Shown: positions 1 to 10,342, counted from the first letter of the stretch. The stretch is DNA of 64,000 nt from an uncultured bacterium (GCA_937958885.1 CALGMT010000013.1:14314-78313), one strand, 5' to 3'. Translations and numbers: made by a program. Notes: generated from the letters alone by a model not told the origin.

Positions 1-2
1 AA

Positions 3-2102
3 TGGCTCGGCGCGATCCGGGCGCATACGGCGAACGCGCCGTCGGCTGTCGCGCATGCGGGTTCGCGGATCGTTGCGCTCGACGCGCCGCGCGCAGGTGG
101 CGTTGTGCCGTTGCTGATTCGCGTCGGCGCGCCGCTGGCGGGCATCGCCGCGTGGGGCATGAAGTGGAAAGGCACGTCGGAAGCGCGCGCGTGGCGCGCG
201 GCGCGCCGACTTTCCGATCGAGGCGCGCCGACGCCCGCGCCGGTCGCCTGGCTGGAGCGCTGGGAGGGCGGGCGATGCCCGGAGCGCTACTTCATCACGC
301 GCCGCATCGAACCGGTGACCACCATGCGGGACGCGCTCCGGCATCTGCTTGAGCACGATCCGGATTGCGGGCGTATCATCGCGTTGCTGGAGACGATTGC
401 GCCCGCCGTGCGCGCCATGCACGAGGCCGGCGTGCTGCATCGCGATTTGGGCAATCAGAACATCCTGCTTTCGCCCGACGGCGCCGGCGGATGGCGGGAT
501 CCCGCCATTATTGATTTGAGTCGGGCCCGCCTGCTGGATGCGCCGCCGGACGCCGCGTCGCGCGGGCGCGATTTGGGGCGGCTCTGGCTTCCGACCGATT
601 TGCTGCGCGTGTTTTGCGAGATGTATTTTGCAGGTCGACCGCCGCCGGCATTCGCGAAGGCTCTGCGCGCCGCGCGCCGGCGATATGCCGTCCACGCATG
701 GTCCCGCGCGATCCGCCATCCCATTCGAGAGGCGCGGGTGCGCCGCGACCCCGCGCGCCGGCAGGTCTATCCGCCGCCGCGCGAGATTTGGATTTGGGAC
801 GAAAAATCCGCACAGCCGATCAACGCATGGGCGAGCCGAGAGCGGAACCGAATGCACCCGTTCTCCAACCACCTCCGTGCCGCGCGCGCCACGCTCGCCC
901 ATCTCCCCGGCATCCTGCGTTCCTATTCTGCGCTGCGGAGCGGCGCATTTCTCCAGCCGCTTGCGCTGCGCGGCGCATGGGGCATTGCGGTCGAGCCGCG
1001 CCCCGAAAGTTGGGAGATTGAGCGGGCGTGGATCCCTGCGATTCCGGGGTTGCCTGTGTTGATTCGTCTGTATCACCACAAGGGGCCGACGCAATGGACC
1101 TTCGCCGCGGACGCGGGCCGCCGGTTGCACGAGAGCGGCCATCGCGTGAGTTTTGCGCTTTGCCAGGACCGTCGCGCAGTGCGGGACCCCGCCTCGTGGG
1201 CGGCGATGTGCGAACAGGCGGCGGGCGCGATCGGCGATTTCGCCGAGTGGATCGAAGTCGGGCACGCGGTCAATCGCGTGAAATGGGGCATTTGGAATAT
1301 GCGCGATTACGGCGCGCTGGTCGCGCCTATCGCGCGCCTGGCTCCCCGTTACCCCGCCGTTCGCTGGATGGGCCCCGCGGGGATCGATTTCGAATATCCG
1401 AAAGTTTTGTCCGCATTGTCGGCGATGCCGGAGGGGTTCCGGTTTCACGCGTTGTCGCATCACCTGTATGTCGATCGGCGAGGCGCGCCCGAAAATCCGC
1501 AGGCCGTCTTCGCAACGATTGAGAAACTTGCCCTCGCGCGCGCGATGGCCCGCGCTTCGCAGCGCTGCGAGGATCGATTGATTGTGTCGGAAGTGAACTG
1601 GCCCCTGCTCGACACCGGCGTGTATTCGCCGGTCGGCTCCCCGTATACCCATCCCGGGCAGGCGCTGGGCGCGCCGAACGTGTCCGAAGACGTCTATGCC
1701 CGCTACATGATTCGATATCTGCTCCAGGCCGCGTGCAGCGGGTTGGTCGAACGCGTGTACTGGTGGCGGCTGGCCGCGCACGGATTCGGCTTGGTGGACG
1801 AGCGCGCGACGCCGTGGCGCCCGCGTCCGGCCTATCGCGCGTGGGGTCGGCTGCTGGAGCTGTTGGGCGATGCTGTTTTCGAACGCAACGCGTCCACGGG
1901 CGAGGGGGCCTATCTCCATCTCTTCCGGCGTCCAGACGGCGAGCGGATGGCCGTCGGCTACGCATGGATACCCGGCGGCGCGCCGTTCGATCTGCGGTGC
2001 GCGCGCGCCGAGGACATGGAGGGCCGCGCGCTCGACCGTATGCCCGATCGGCTGGGCGACGCGCCGGTCTATTTCCGCTCGGTAGACGCGGCGCCTTCCT
2101 GA
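3..2102 (+). CDS. LPS kinase (Kdo/WaaP-like) domain fused to a C-terminal clan GH-A-like TIM barrel; probably 5'-partial
   Basis: Frame is open from base 3 (the ORF track starts at GTG 105). Kinase motifs HRDLGNQNILL and IIDLSRAR. C-terminal WIEVGHAVN, LSHHLY, LIVSEVNWP, VERVYWW..GFGLVD and RPAYRAW resemble GH5/GH39-type barrels. Confidence 0.75.
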   Translation, partial: WLGAIRAHTANAPSAVAHAGSRIVALDAPRAGGVVPLLIRVGAPLAGIAAWGMKWKGTSEARAWRAARRLSDRGAPTPAPVAWLERWEGGRCPERYFITRRIEPVTTMRDALRHLLEHDPDCGRIIALLETIAPAVRAMHEAGVLHRDLGNQNILLSPDGAGGWRDPAIIDLSRARLLDAPPDAASRGRDLGRLWLPTDLLRVFCEMYFAGRPPPAFAKALRAARRRYAVHAWSRAIRHPIREARVRRDPARRQVYPPPREIWIWDEKSAQPINAWASRERNRMHPFSNHLRAARATLAHLPGILRSYSALRSGAFLQPLALRGAWGIAVEPRPESWEIERAWIPAIPGLPVLIRLYHHKGPTQWTFAADAGRRLHESGHRVSFALCQDRRAVRDPASWAAMCEQAAGAIGDFAEWIEVGHAVNRVKWGIWNMRDYGALVAPIARLAPRYPAVRWMGPAGIDFEYPKVLSALSAMPEGFRFHALSHHLYVDRRGAPENPQAVFATIEKLALARAMARASQRCEDRLIVSEVNWPLLDTGVYSPVGSPYTHPGQALGAPNVSEDVYARYMIRYLLQAACSGLVERVYWWRLAAHGFGLVDERATPWRPRPAYRAWGRLLELLGDAVFERNASTGEGAYLHLFRRPDGERMAVGYAWIPGGAPFDLRCARAEDMEGRALDRMPDRLGDAPVYFRSVDAAPS

Positions 2103-2974
2103 TCCGCCGGTGGGCGCGTGCGCCAGCGTTTGTGGATCCAGGTCCATTGATCGGGGTGCGCGCGAATGATCCGCTCCAGGATGGCTGTATAGCGCTGCGT
2201 ATAGACGCGGATCGTGTCTTCGCTGCGGTCCGGCGGCGGCTCGACCGGCGACTCGATGTGCAGCGTGTGCCGACCGTTCGGCGCGCGGATCATGTAGACC
2301 GGAAGCACCGGGGTCCGCGCGACGCCGGACAGGTACGCGAGGCCCGGCGTGGTGCAGGCCGGCTGTCCGAAGAAATCGACAAAAATGCCGCGATGCCGCC
2401 GCATGTTCTGATCCAGAATCAGGGCCACCACCTCGCGGCGGCGCAGCGCCTTGATGCAGTCGCGCATCGCATCGTCGCGCGGCAGCAGATGCAGCCCCAT
2501 GCGCTCGCGCGAGGCGCGCCAGTAGGCGTCGAGCCCAGAGCCGCCGAGCGATTTGACCACGACGTGGACCGGCCGCCAGATCGCGGCGGCGACCAGCCCC
2601 ATCAACTCCCAATTCCCGATGTGTCCCATCAGAACCAGCGCGCCGCCGCCCCGCGCGCGAACGGCCTCGACATGCTCGCGGCCCACGATGTCCACCCGCT
2701 CGACGAACGCATGCGCGCGGCTACCCGAAAAATGCAGGCACTCCGCGATCAACAGGCCAAAGTGCCGATACATCGCGTCCGCGATCTGCGGCGCTTCCGC
2801 CGCGCGTTCCGGCAGGCATCGCGCAAGTGTGTGCAACACCAACGCACGCCGATGGCGAATGACGCGGCCGAGCAGGAACCCGATCCCGCGGCCGAACCCG
2901 AGCGCCGCGCGCGTGGGCAGCGCGCGAAAAGCCGCCTCCAGGCCGCGCAACAAAAGCACCGTGGGTTTCGGCAT
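2069..2974 (-). CDS. Lipid A lauroyl/myristoyl acyltransferase family (LpxL/HtrB-like)
   Basis: HIGNWE catalytic motif, LILDQN, GIFVDFFG, C-terminal PDQWTWIHKRWR. Confidence 0.9.
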   Translation of the reverse strand: MPKPTVLLLRGLEAAFRALPTRAALGFGRGIGFLLGRVIRHRRALVLHTLARCLPERAAEAPQIADAMYRHFGLLIAECLHFSGSRAHAFVERVDIVGREHVEAVRARGGGALVLMGHIGNWELMGLVAAAIWRPVHVVVKSLGGSGLDAYWRASRERMGLHLLPRDDAMRDCIKALRRREVVALILDQNMRRHRGIFVDFFGQPACTTPGLAYLSGVARTPVLPVYMIRAPNGRHTLHIESPVEPPPDRSEDTIRVYTQRYTAILERIIRAHPDQWTWIHKRWRTRPPADQEGAASTERK

Positions 2975-3074
2975 GGACCTATTCGCGCCACAGTCCGCAC
3001 GATTGTCAATCGGAACCCCGCGGCATTCCTCGCTTGAATCTCGCCATGCCGGGAACTAGCGTTCGTATCGCGTT

Positions 3075-3974
3075 ATGAAGATCAGCGGGTTCTCCTTCTG
3101 CCGAAACGCCGACAAGCTGTATTATCCGGTGGTGGAATCCATTCGCTCCGCGCTGCCGATTTGCGATGAATTCATCGTCGCCGTCGGCAAAGGCGACGAA
3201 GACGATCGCACGCGAGCGTTGATCGCGGGCATCGGCGACCCGAAAATTCGCATTATCGACACCGAGTGGACGGACCGCGACCGACTCAAGGGGTGGACGC
3301 ACAGCCAGCAAACCAATATCGCGCTCAACGCCTGCACCGGCGACTGGTGCCTCTATCTCCAGTCGGACGAGGTGCTTCACGAACGCGACTTGCCGGTGAT
3401 CCGCGCCCGAGCGGAACAGGTGGCGGGCGATGCGCGCGTCGAGGGCCTCGTTTTTTCGTATCTTCATTTCTGGGGCGACTACCGGCATGTGCACCGCAGC
3501 CATGCCTGGTATCCGCGCGAAATCCGCATGATCCGCAACGGCGTCGGCATCCAATCGTATCGCTCCGCGCAATCCTTCCGGCGGGACGGGAAAAAACTGC
3601 GCTGCGCGCTGGTGGATGCGACGATCTACCATTACGGATGGGTGCGTCCGCCCGCGCTGATGACGCGCAAGCGAGTCGAGATGACCCGCACGCACCAGGG
3701 CGCGGAGGAAGCGGAGCGCATCCGCGCGGAGCAGCAATTCGACTATGGCGATTTGAACAAGATTCCTCTTTTCGAAGGCACGCACCCCGCCGTGATGCGA
3801 GACTGGATAGCGCGATTCGACTGGGGCGATCAATTGAATTACGGCCGGCCGACGTCGGCGCGCCATCGCCACGATCGGCTCAAATACCGGATTCTAACCG
3901 AAATCGAACAACGACTTTTCGGAGGCCGTATCAAGCTCGGAGCCTCGTCATTCCGGCGCGTGCGCGGCGTTTGA
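3075..3974 (+). CDS. Glycosyltransferase family 2-like protein
   Basis: MKISGFSFCRNA..YP..ESIRS.LP.CDEFIV.VG...D.T start; DWCLYLQSDE; YHYGW. Confidence 0.85.
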   Translation: MKISGFSFCRNADKLYYPVVESIRSALPICDEFIVAVGKGDEDDRTRALIAGIGDPKIRIIDTEWTDRDRLKGWTHSQQTNIALNACTGDWCLYLQSDEVLHERDLPVIRARAEQVAGDARVEGLVFSYLHFWGDYRHVHRSHAWYPREIRMIRNGVGIQSYRSAQSFRRDGKKLRCALVDATIYHYGWVRPPALMTRKRVEMTRTHQGAEEAERIRAEQQFDYGDLNKIPLFEGTHPAVMRDWIARFDWGDQLNYGRPTSARHRHDRLKYRILTEIEQRLFGGRIKLGASSFRRVRGV

Positions 3975-4008
3975 TCGCGCGTTCGCTTCGCGGGATGGCC
4001 GCAATCCC

Positions 4009-5079
4009 ATGAAAGTATTGTTTATCACCAAGGACAGCGATCTGCCGGAGGCGCACTTAATTGCAGGTTTGGCCGCCGCCGGATTCGAAGTGCGCGTGCT
4101 CGGCAATCTGCTGCCGCCAATCGCGCGCATGTTCGACGAGCGCGGCGTCGACCGCGAAGGACTGACGATTCGATCCCGCCTCGACCGCGAGGCCATCCGG
4201 CGCGTTCGCGCGGCGGTGCGCGCGTTCACGCCCGATATCGTACAATGTTTCACCTCCCGCGCATTGACGTGCGCGATTCGAGCGCGCCTGCCGCGCAGTG
4301 TGCGCCTGGTCGGCTATCGCGGCGCGATCGGACGCTTGACCCGGGTTGATCCATCCAATCTGTTCGGTGTGCTCCATATCCGCGTGAACGCCATTCTTTG
4401 CCTGTCGGACTCCATTCGAAACGCGCTCCGCGCCGCAGGCGTGCCGTCGAGAAAGTTGTTCAAAGTTTACAAAGGGCATCATCCGGACTGGTACCGAAGC
4501 GCGGCGAACCGGCCTTCGCGTCCCGCGGGCGATACGACATTTGTCGTGGGCTTCATCGGCAATATGCGGCGCGTGAAAGGCGCGCATGTGCTGCTGGAGG
4601 CGCTGCGCTTGATCAATCCCAGTATTCCGATTCGCGCCGTGCTGGTGGGCGAGGTGCTCGACTCGCGTGTGCGAATCATGCTGCGGGCCCCGGATCTGGC
4701 CGGACGTATTGAGGTGCGCGGATTTCAGCAGAATGCCGCCGCGATGATTCCCGAGTTCGACCTGCTCGTGGTGCCGTCGCTGGAGGGAGAGGGGCTTTCC
4801 AAAGCTGCCATTGAGGCCATGGCGCAGCGCGTGCCGGTCGTGGCGAGCGCATCCGGCGGACTGGTGGAATTGATTGAAGATGGCGTCTCCGGCCGTTTGG
4901 TTCCGCCGGGCGACGCGGCGGCGCTGGCGAAGGCGCTGGAGGAGGCGTGGCGTAATCCGGACGCGCGCGCGCGGCATGCCGAGTCGGCATACGCGCGGAT
5001 GCTGACGACTTTTCACATCGACCGGACTGTCGAACAGGTAGCGGAGATCTACCGGTCGTTGGTCAACGAGGCTCGATAA
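4009..5079 (+). CDS. Glycosyltransferase family 4 (GT-B)
   Basis: MKVLFI start; KG..VLLEA; EGLSKAAIEAMA (EX7E); GRLVPPGD. Confidence 0.9.
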   Translation: MKVLFITKDSDLPEAHLIAGLAAAGFEVRVLGNLLPPIARMFDERGVDREGLTIRSRLDREAIRRVRAAVRAFTPDIVQCFTSRALTCAIRARLPRSVRLVGYRGAIGRLTRVDPSNLFGVLHIRVNAILCLSDSIRNALRAAGVPSRKLFKVYKGHHPDWYRSAANRPSRPAGDTTFVVGFIGNMRRVKGAHVLLEALRLINPSIPIRAVLVGEVLDSRVRIMLRAPDLAGRIEVRGFQQNAAAMIPEFDLLVVPSLEGEGLSKAAIEAMAQRVPVVASASGGLVELIEDGVSGRLVPPGDAAALAKALEEAWRNPDARARHAESAYARMLTTFHIDRTVEQVAEIYRSLVNEAR

Positions 5080-6728
5080 AGACGGCGCGGCAAATTGCCG
5101 TCATCGAACTCCAGCACGGGGCGCCATCCGGCCTCTTCCAGTTCGCGGTTCAACCCGTCGTGGCGCGCGGCCATGAGAAATCCGGAAGGCGGTCCGTCTG
5201 CTCGCGTCCACAAGGGGATGATGCGCCGCGCATACATCAACATTTTGCCGTCCGGCACTTCGGCATAGTCGGGCAATTCCGGCGACTCGGCATATCTCAA
5301 CGGATCGCTCTTCACGATGCGCATCACCTGCTCCACCTCGGCGCGACGCTGATAGCGACCGTGGTGCGTGTGCGAATAGTCGAACAACAAGGGCGTGGAC
5401 GCCAGCGTCATCCAAGCCGCCGTCAAAGCGGCCATCGATTCGAGCGCATCCTTCCGCGCCGCGCGCAGGACAGCGCGCGCGACATATACAAGCAGCGCGG
5501 CGAGCAGAGCCAGACTCCAAGGCGGCAAAAGGGCGATTTCAGGTCGCTTCAGCGCCCCGATCTCCAGCAGCCACGGATGCAGGAGGCCGAAAACGCCGAT
5601 CAAGGCGGATGCCGCGACGAGAATCCCGCCGTGTATCCGTGCGAGTCGCGGCAGCCATGGCGCGCGCGTGCGCGCGCCAATGGACAGAATCGCGGACGCC
5701 ATCAAAAGACCCGCTGCGGGTAGGATCGGGACGATGTAGCGCTGCTGCTTGGCCGCCGGGATGGACATGATGATGAAAATCGCGAGAAACCAGCCCGCGC
5801 CGATCCGGATGGCAGGCGAACCCCAATCGAGCCGCCGCCGAATCGCATGGGCCCAGAAGGCGGGCAACCAGAGCGACCACGGCGCGACCAGCGATACGAG
5901 TCCGAAATAATACCACGGAGGCTGGAACTCGGAGCGCGCCGCTTTGTATTCGACGCCGAGCACGCGCGCCGCGGCCGGGATCTCGCGCAATACATGGAGA
6001 TACCACGGCGCCGTGAGCGCCGCGGCTCCAAGCAGCGCCAGCGCTAGTCCTGGAAGCTGCGTCCGCCAACTGCGCATGCACGCAATGAAGCAGAGAGCGG
6101 GAATTAACGTCATTACGAGAGAGATCGGGCCTTTCGTGAGATAAGCAGCAGCGCTCGCCAGTCCGAACACGGTCCAGCCGATCGTTCGGGTGCGCAGCGG
6201 CGGAGTTCTCTGTTCATTCGGTCGAATGGCATGCAGCGCGCCGGCTGCTGCACAAGTGGAAAAAACGAGCAAATAGGTGTCGTAGGTGGCAATCCGCGCG
6301 GTGCGGAGAAATAGCAGGCTCGTGCCCACCACCACGGCAGCGAGCCAGCCGAATCGCTCGTCATATAATCGCGCGCCGATACTCCAAACGGCAAATAGCG
6401 CGAGAAATGTCAGGCCCGCAGCGGCCATGCGCGCGCGCATCACCAACTCGTCAACGTTCGCTGTGGCGGGATCGATGCCGCTCCACAAGATCGCGTTAAT
6501 CCAAACGGTCAGCGGCGGTTTGTTCACGCGCGGCGCGCCGTTCCACGAGGGGATGAGCCACGCGTCCGGATCGGACTGCATCCGCATCCAGGTCTCCTGC
6601 GAGGAGGCGAGCGTCATCACTTCCATGTGGTATTCACAATCCGCCGCGCCCAGTCCGGCCAAAAGCGGCGGCATGACGAGCAGGATCAGAAGCGCGGTGC
6701 GCGCCAGGAATGAATTCGGAACTTCCAT
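5049..6728 (-). CDS. ArnT/PMT-like (GT-C, GT83/39) polyprenyl-sugar-dependent glycosyltransferase
   Basis: Polytopic membrane protein; NG.PRVNKPPL..W, LTKGP, PWY, KQQRYIVP motifs. Confidence 0.8.
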   Translation of the reverse strand: MEVPNSFLARTALLILLVMPPLLAGLGAADCEYHMEVMTLASSQETWMRMQSDPDAWLIPSWNGAPRVNKPPLTVWINAILWSGIDPATANVDELVMRARMAAAGLTFLALFAVWSIGARLYDERFGWLAAVVVGTSLLFLRTARIATYDTYLLVFSTCAAAGALHAIRPNEQRTPPLRTRTIGWTVFGLASAAAYLTKGPISLVMTLIPALCFIACMRSWRTQLPGLALALLGAAALTAPWYLHVLREIPAAARVLGVEYKAARSEFQPPWYYFGLVSLVAPWSLWLPAFWAHAIRRRLDWGSPAIRIGAGWFLAIFIIMSIPAAKQQRYIVPILPAAGLLMASAILSIGARTRAPWLPRLARIHGGILVAASALIGVFGLLHPWLLEIGALKRPEIALLPPWSLALLAALLVYVARAVLRAARKDALESMAALTAAWMTLASTPLLFDYSHTHHGRYQRRAEVEQVMRIVKSDPLRYAESPELPDYAEVPDGKMLMYARRIIPLWTRADGPPSGFLMAARHDGLNRELEEAGWRPVLEFDDGNLPRRLYRASLTNDR

Positions 6729-6828
6729 ATCGCGCCGCCGTTATAGCCGGAAAGGGGAAAAAAACGAGCGCGCTTGCGACAGTCATTTCTTCGTTTTACA
6801 CCGCCGCCTGGTGCGGCATGCTCGACGC

Positions 6829-8454
6829 GTGGAAAACAACCGGGTCATTCGCTCAGCCTTCAAGGTCGGCGGGTTCACCTCCTTGAGCCGCGTGCTAGGG
6901 CTCATTCGCGATGTGCTGACCGCGAATGTGTTCGGCGTCAGCGCGGTGATGTCGGACTTCGTCGTCGCGTTCCGGCTGCCCAACTTGTTCCGCGCGCTAT
7001 TTGGCGAGGGCGCGCTCTCGTCGGCCTTTGTGCCGGTGTTTATGGCAACCCGGAAGGAGGAGGGCGTCGCGGCCGCGTGGATGGTCGCGCGCAAGACGGC
7101 CACCCTCGTCGCGACATTTTTGCTGCTGCTCGTGATCGCGCTGATTCTGGCGACCATCGCGATCGAGCGGCTGAATCCCGACCTCGCCGCGCGCGCGCCG
7201 CATCTGCTCCCGCTGATGCGGATCATGATGCCGTACATCCTGTTCATCTGCCTGGCGGGGTTGTGCATGGCGATGCTGAACGCGTGCCATCGCTTCTCGC
7301 TGCCCGCTTTTACGCCGAGTCTGCTGAATATCGTGTGGATCGGTTTTGTGCTGCTGGTCTGCCCGCGCCTCGGCGCGGCGCCCGAGCAACAAATCTACGG
7401 CGTCGCTGCGGCGGTTTTTGTCGCGGGCTTGGTCCAGATGGGCGTCCAGCTCCCGGCGCTGATTCGGCTCGGCTTTCGGCCGGGGTTCACCTGGGATCTC
7501 GCCGACGCGCGCGTACGGCGCGTGTTCGCGCTGATGGGGCCGACCGCGCTCGGCCAGTCCGTTACGCAGGTGAACGTGATGGTCAACGCCCTGCTGGCCC
7601 GCTGGGCGGCGCCGTGGGCGCCGGCCTCGCTGTTTTATGCGGAGCGCCTGCTCTACTTTCCGCAGGGCTTGCTCGCCACGGCGATGAGCACGGTGCTGCT
7701 GCCCGTCTTCTCCGGCCACGCGGCGCGCGGCGACACGGCGGAACTGCGGAACACGCTCAACCACGCGCTGCGCACCCTGCTGTTTGTGATGATCCCCGCG
7801 TCGGTCGGCTTGCTCGTGCTGGCCGGACCGATCGTCGGCATGATTTTCGGATCGGGCCGTTTCGACGCGGCCGCGGTTTCGCACACCGCGATCGCGCTTC
7901 GCTTCTACGCGCCGGGACTGATGGTGTTCTGCCTCGCGAAGGTTTTTGTGCCGGCCTTCTACGCGCTGCAGGACACGCGCACGCCGTTCCGCATCGGACT
8001 TCGCGCGGTTGCCTTGAACTTCGCGCTCAACGTCGTGTTCGTGCTCACCTGGCCGTTGGACTACAAGCACGCGGGACTCGCGTTCGCGACCGTGCTGTCC
8101 GAGGGCATGAACGGGATCACGCTCGCTGTGCTGTTGCGCCGCCGCCTCGGCGCGATGGGCTGGCCGGAGATCTTCGCCGCCGCCGCGCGCGCGCTGGCGT
8201 GTTCCGCGGTAATGGCGCTCGCCCTGCTGGCCGCGCATCCGCTCCTCGTTCGCGGGTTGCACGCGGCGGCGTTGCCCGGCAAAGCGGTCGAAATCGGATC
8301 GGTATTCGGCGCCATTGCGGCGGGCATGGCCGTCTATTTTGCCGCCGCGCGCGTCGCCCGCGCCCCGGAACTGGGCTTCGCGATCGACGCGATTCGGAAA
8401 CGGCGATCAGCGGCGGCGATGCGAGAAAAAAGTCCACAAGCCGGCGGTGGCTGA
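6829..8454 (+). CDS. murJ: Lipid II flippase MurJ (MviN)
   Basis: SRVLGLIRD, AFRLPNLFRALFGEGALS.AFVP, FYA.QDTRTP. Start placed at GTG 6829 because the ORF-track start overlaps the ArnT-like gene. Confidence 0.93.
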   Translation: MENNRVIRSAFKVGGFTSLSRVLGLIRDVLTANVFGVSAVMSDFVVAFRLPNLFRALFGEGALSSAFVPVFMATRKEEGVAAAWMVARKTATLVATFLLLLVIALILATIAIERLNPDLAARAPHLLPLMRIMMPYILFICLAGLCMAMLNACHRFSLPAFTPSLLNIVWIGFVLLVCPRLGAAPEQQIYGVAAAVFVAGLVQMGVQLPALIRLGFRPGFTWDLADARVRRVFALMGPTALGQSVTQVNVMVNALLARWAAPWAPASLFYAERLLYFPQGLLATAMSTVLLPVFSGHAARGDTAELRNTLNHALRTLLFVMIPASVGLLVLAGPIVGMIFGSGRFDAAAVSHTAIALRFYAPGLMVFCLAKVFVPAFYALQDTRTPFRIGLRAVALNFALNVVFVLTWPLDYKHAGLAFATVLSEGMNGITLAVLLRRRLGAMGWPEIFAAAARALACSAVMALALLAAHPLLVRGLHAAALPGKAVEIGSVFGAIAAGMAVYFAAARVARAPELGFAIDAIRKRRSAAAMREKSPQAGGG

Positions 8455-9273
8455 TACCCGGTCGCACGTCTGACCAACGATGGACTCGGGCAGCAGGCGA
8501 TGCCCGCCCGGCCATACATGCCCGCATTGCTCGACGGCCACAAAGTGTACCTCGCGCGGATCACCGGACTCGCCCCAAATTTCCCATGTCGCTCCGTCAC
8601 GTCGCTCCACGCGTGGCGATGACGTGATGCCATTGCGACGCGCCCACGCCTCTGCCGACTGGCGCGCGGGCGGACGCCATTCGGCCTTGCCCCACGGAAG
8701 CTCCACCATGCCGCCGTCGAACGGACTCAGCGGGTCGTTGCGTCCGAAATAGTGGGCGAGAGGAACAGGCGTGCCTACTGCGTCGCCGCCGGAGCGAAAA
8801 TGCCCGGCAACCGTGCCGATGGCAGCGAGGCGATGCCCTGATTCTGCTGCGAAGCGAAAGGTCATCGAAGCGCCATTCGAGAACCCGCACATGTAGATCC
8901 GCGCGGGGTCCGCGCCGCGATTGATGAGGTCGTCCAACACGGTGTGTAGAAACGCGACATCGTCCACCGCCGGGCGCTCCGCGTCCGAGCTGCCGATACC
9001 GGCGTTCCACATCTGCGGATTGTCCAGAAAATGTAGCGGGCCCGTCGGATTGATCCGCGTCGCCTCCGGATACGCCGCGAGAAATCCGTGCGCATCGGCG
9101 CATGCGCTCCATCCCGTGCTTTTCATCGCCGTCCACGGCGTGCCGCCGCGTCCGTCGAGCATGATGACGGCGGGATGCCGCGCGTTCGGCGCGCACGCGG
9201 GCGGACGGTGCAGCACGTAGCGCCGCCGCCCTTCCTTCGTTTCGACGTAGATCACTTCGTCGTTCGCGCTCAT
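8407..9273 (-). CDS. PHB-depolymerase/LpqC-family esterase (alpha/beta hydrolase)
   Basis: GFSNG nucleophile elbow, AYPEA, WNAG, DDVAF, GHVWPGG. ATG 9273 overlaps the upstream stop codon. Confidence 0.85.
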   Translation of the reverse strand: MSANDEVIYVETKEGRRRYVLHRPPACAPNARHPAVIMLDGRGGTPWTAMKSTGWSACADAHGFLAAYPEATRINPTGPLHFLDNPQMWNAGIGSSDAERPAVDDVAFLHTVLDDLINRGADPARIYMCGFSNGASMTFRFAAESGHRLAAIGTVAGHFRSGGDAVGTPVPLAHYFGRNDPLSPFDGGMVELPWGKAEWRPPARQSAEAWARRNGITSSPRVERRDGATWEIWGESGDPREVHFVAVEQCGHVWPGGHRLLPESIVGQTCDRVSATAGLWTFFSHRRR

Positions 9274-9446
9274 GACCGGGCGAAAAAATGCCAGAGCGCG
9301 AGCGCAACCGCAATGACACCCTCGATCACAGCGATCCACCCAAGCCGACGCGGCGGGATGATGGGGGCGAACCGCCGCGCGTTCCAGAGCCCGATTCCCG
9401 CATCCAACAACAGAACAATCGCCACCCAAATTCGCCAACTTTGCAT
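9270..9446 (-). CDS. Small (58 aa) two-TM hypothetical protein
   Basis: MQSWRIWVAIVLLLDAGIGLW..., two hydrophobic segments; ATGA overlap with the esterase. Confidence 0.5.
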   Translation of the reverse strand: MQSWRIWVAIVLLLDAGIGLWNARRFAPIIPPRRLGWIAVIEGVIAVALALWHFFARS

Positions 9447-9565
9447 ACCGGTCCAATCCTTTGCACGAAGCCGATCGAGCTCTAACAATCTTCTAGCCTG
9501 GGTGAAATAGTGCGCGAACACGACAAAACAATAGATGACGCATTATCACGGGAGGATTTTTTCCT

Positions 9566-10318
9566 ATGTCTACTAGAACTATCAAATTCTATCTCATCGC
9601 TACGTTGCTTTCTGCAGCTTCTATCACGCGCGGTGACATTGTTGCTCAATGGACGTTCGAAAACACGAACAACTTGCTTGCCGCCATCGGTTCCGGAGTT
9701 GCCTCGAATGTCGGAGGCACCACCACGGCGTTCGCAGGTGGGCAGAACAGTACGTACGCCTGGAATACGTCCCAGTATCCTGCGCAGGGTAATGGATCCG
9801 GCACTGCCGGCGTTTCGTTCTACGTGGATACGACAGGCTATCAGGACATCATCTTTTCATACAACCATCGCGCGTCGGGGGCCGCCTCGCGCTGGGCGCA
9901 AATCGACTACACGCTCGACGGCGGCGCGAACTGGGTGACGGGTTACTGGACCAACAGCGGGGCGCTCTCTCCCCACGACACCTTTTACTCCAATAACGTC
10001 AGCTTCGTTTCCGTGACCGGCGCGAACAACAATCCCAATTTCGGCGTGCGCGTGGTGTCCATTTTCTCGCCGGTGCCATTCGATCAAAATGCCACGCTGC
10101 CCGATTACGGCGCGAATGAAGCCTATATGCGCGCGAACGCGCAGGCGAGCTATACGCCGGGCGGCGGAACCGGCACCGGCGACTACAGCTCGAATGGCAC
10201 GTGGCGCTTTGACAATGTGACCTTTAACGGCAGCGTGGTTCCCGAGCCGGGCACGGCGCTGCTCTTCCTCGGCGGTCTGGCGCTTTGCGGCTGGGCGCGG
10301 CGGCGCAGCCAGAACTGA
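9566..10318 (+). CDS. PEP-CTERM sorting-domain surface protein
   Basis: Signal peptide; C-terminal VPEPGT + hydrophobic helix + RRRSQN; GGAGG upstream. Confidence 0.92.
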   Translation: MSTRTIKFYLIATLLSAASITRGDIVAQWTFENTNNLLAAIGSGVASNVGGTTTAFAGGQNSTYAWNTSQYPAQGNGSGTAGVSFYVDTTGYQDIIFSYNHRASGAASRWAQIDYTLDGGANWVTGYWTNSGALSPHDTFYSNNVSFVSVTGANNNPNFGVRVVSIFSPVPFDQNATLPDYGANEAYMRANAQASYTPGGGTGTGDYSSNGTWRFDNVTFNGSVVPEPGTALLFLGGLALCGWARRRSQN

Positions 10319-10342
10319 TTCCCATTTCGAGAGGATCGTCGG

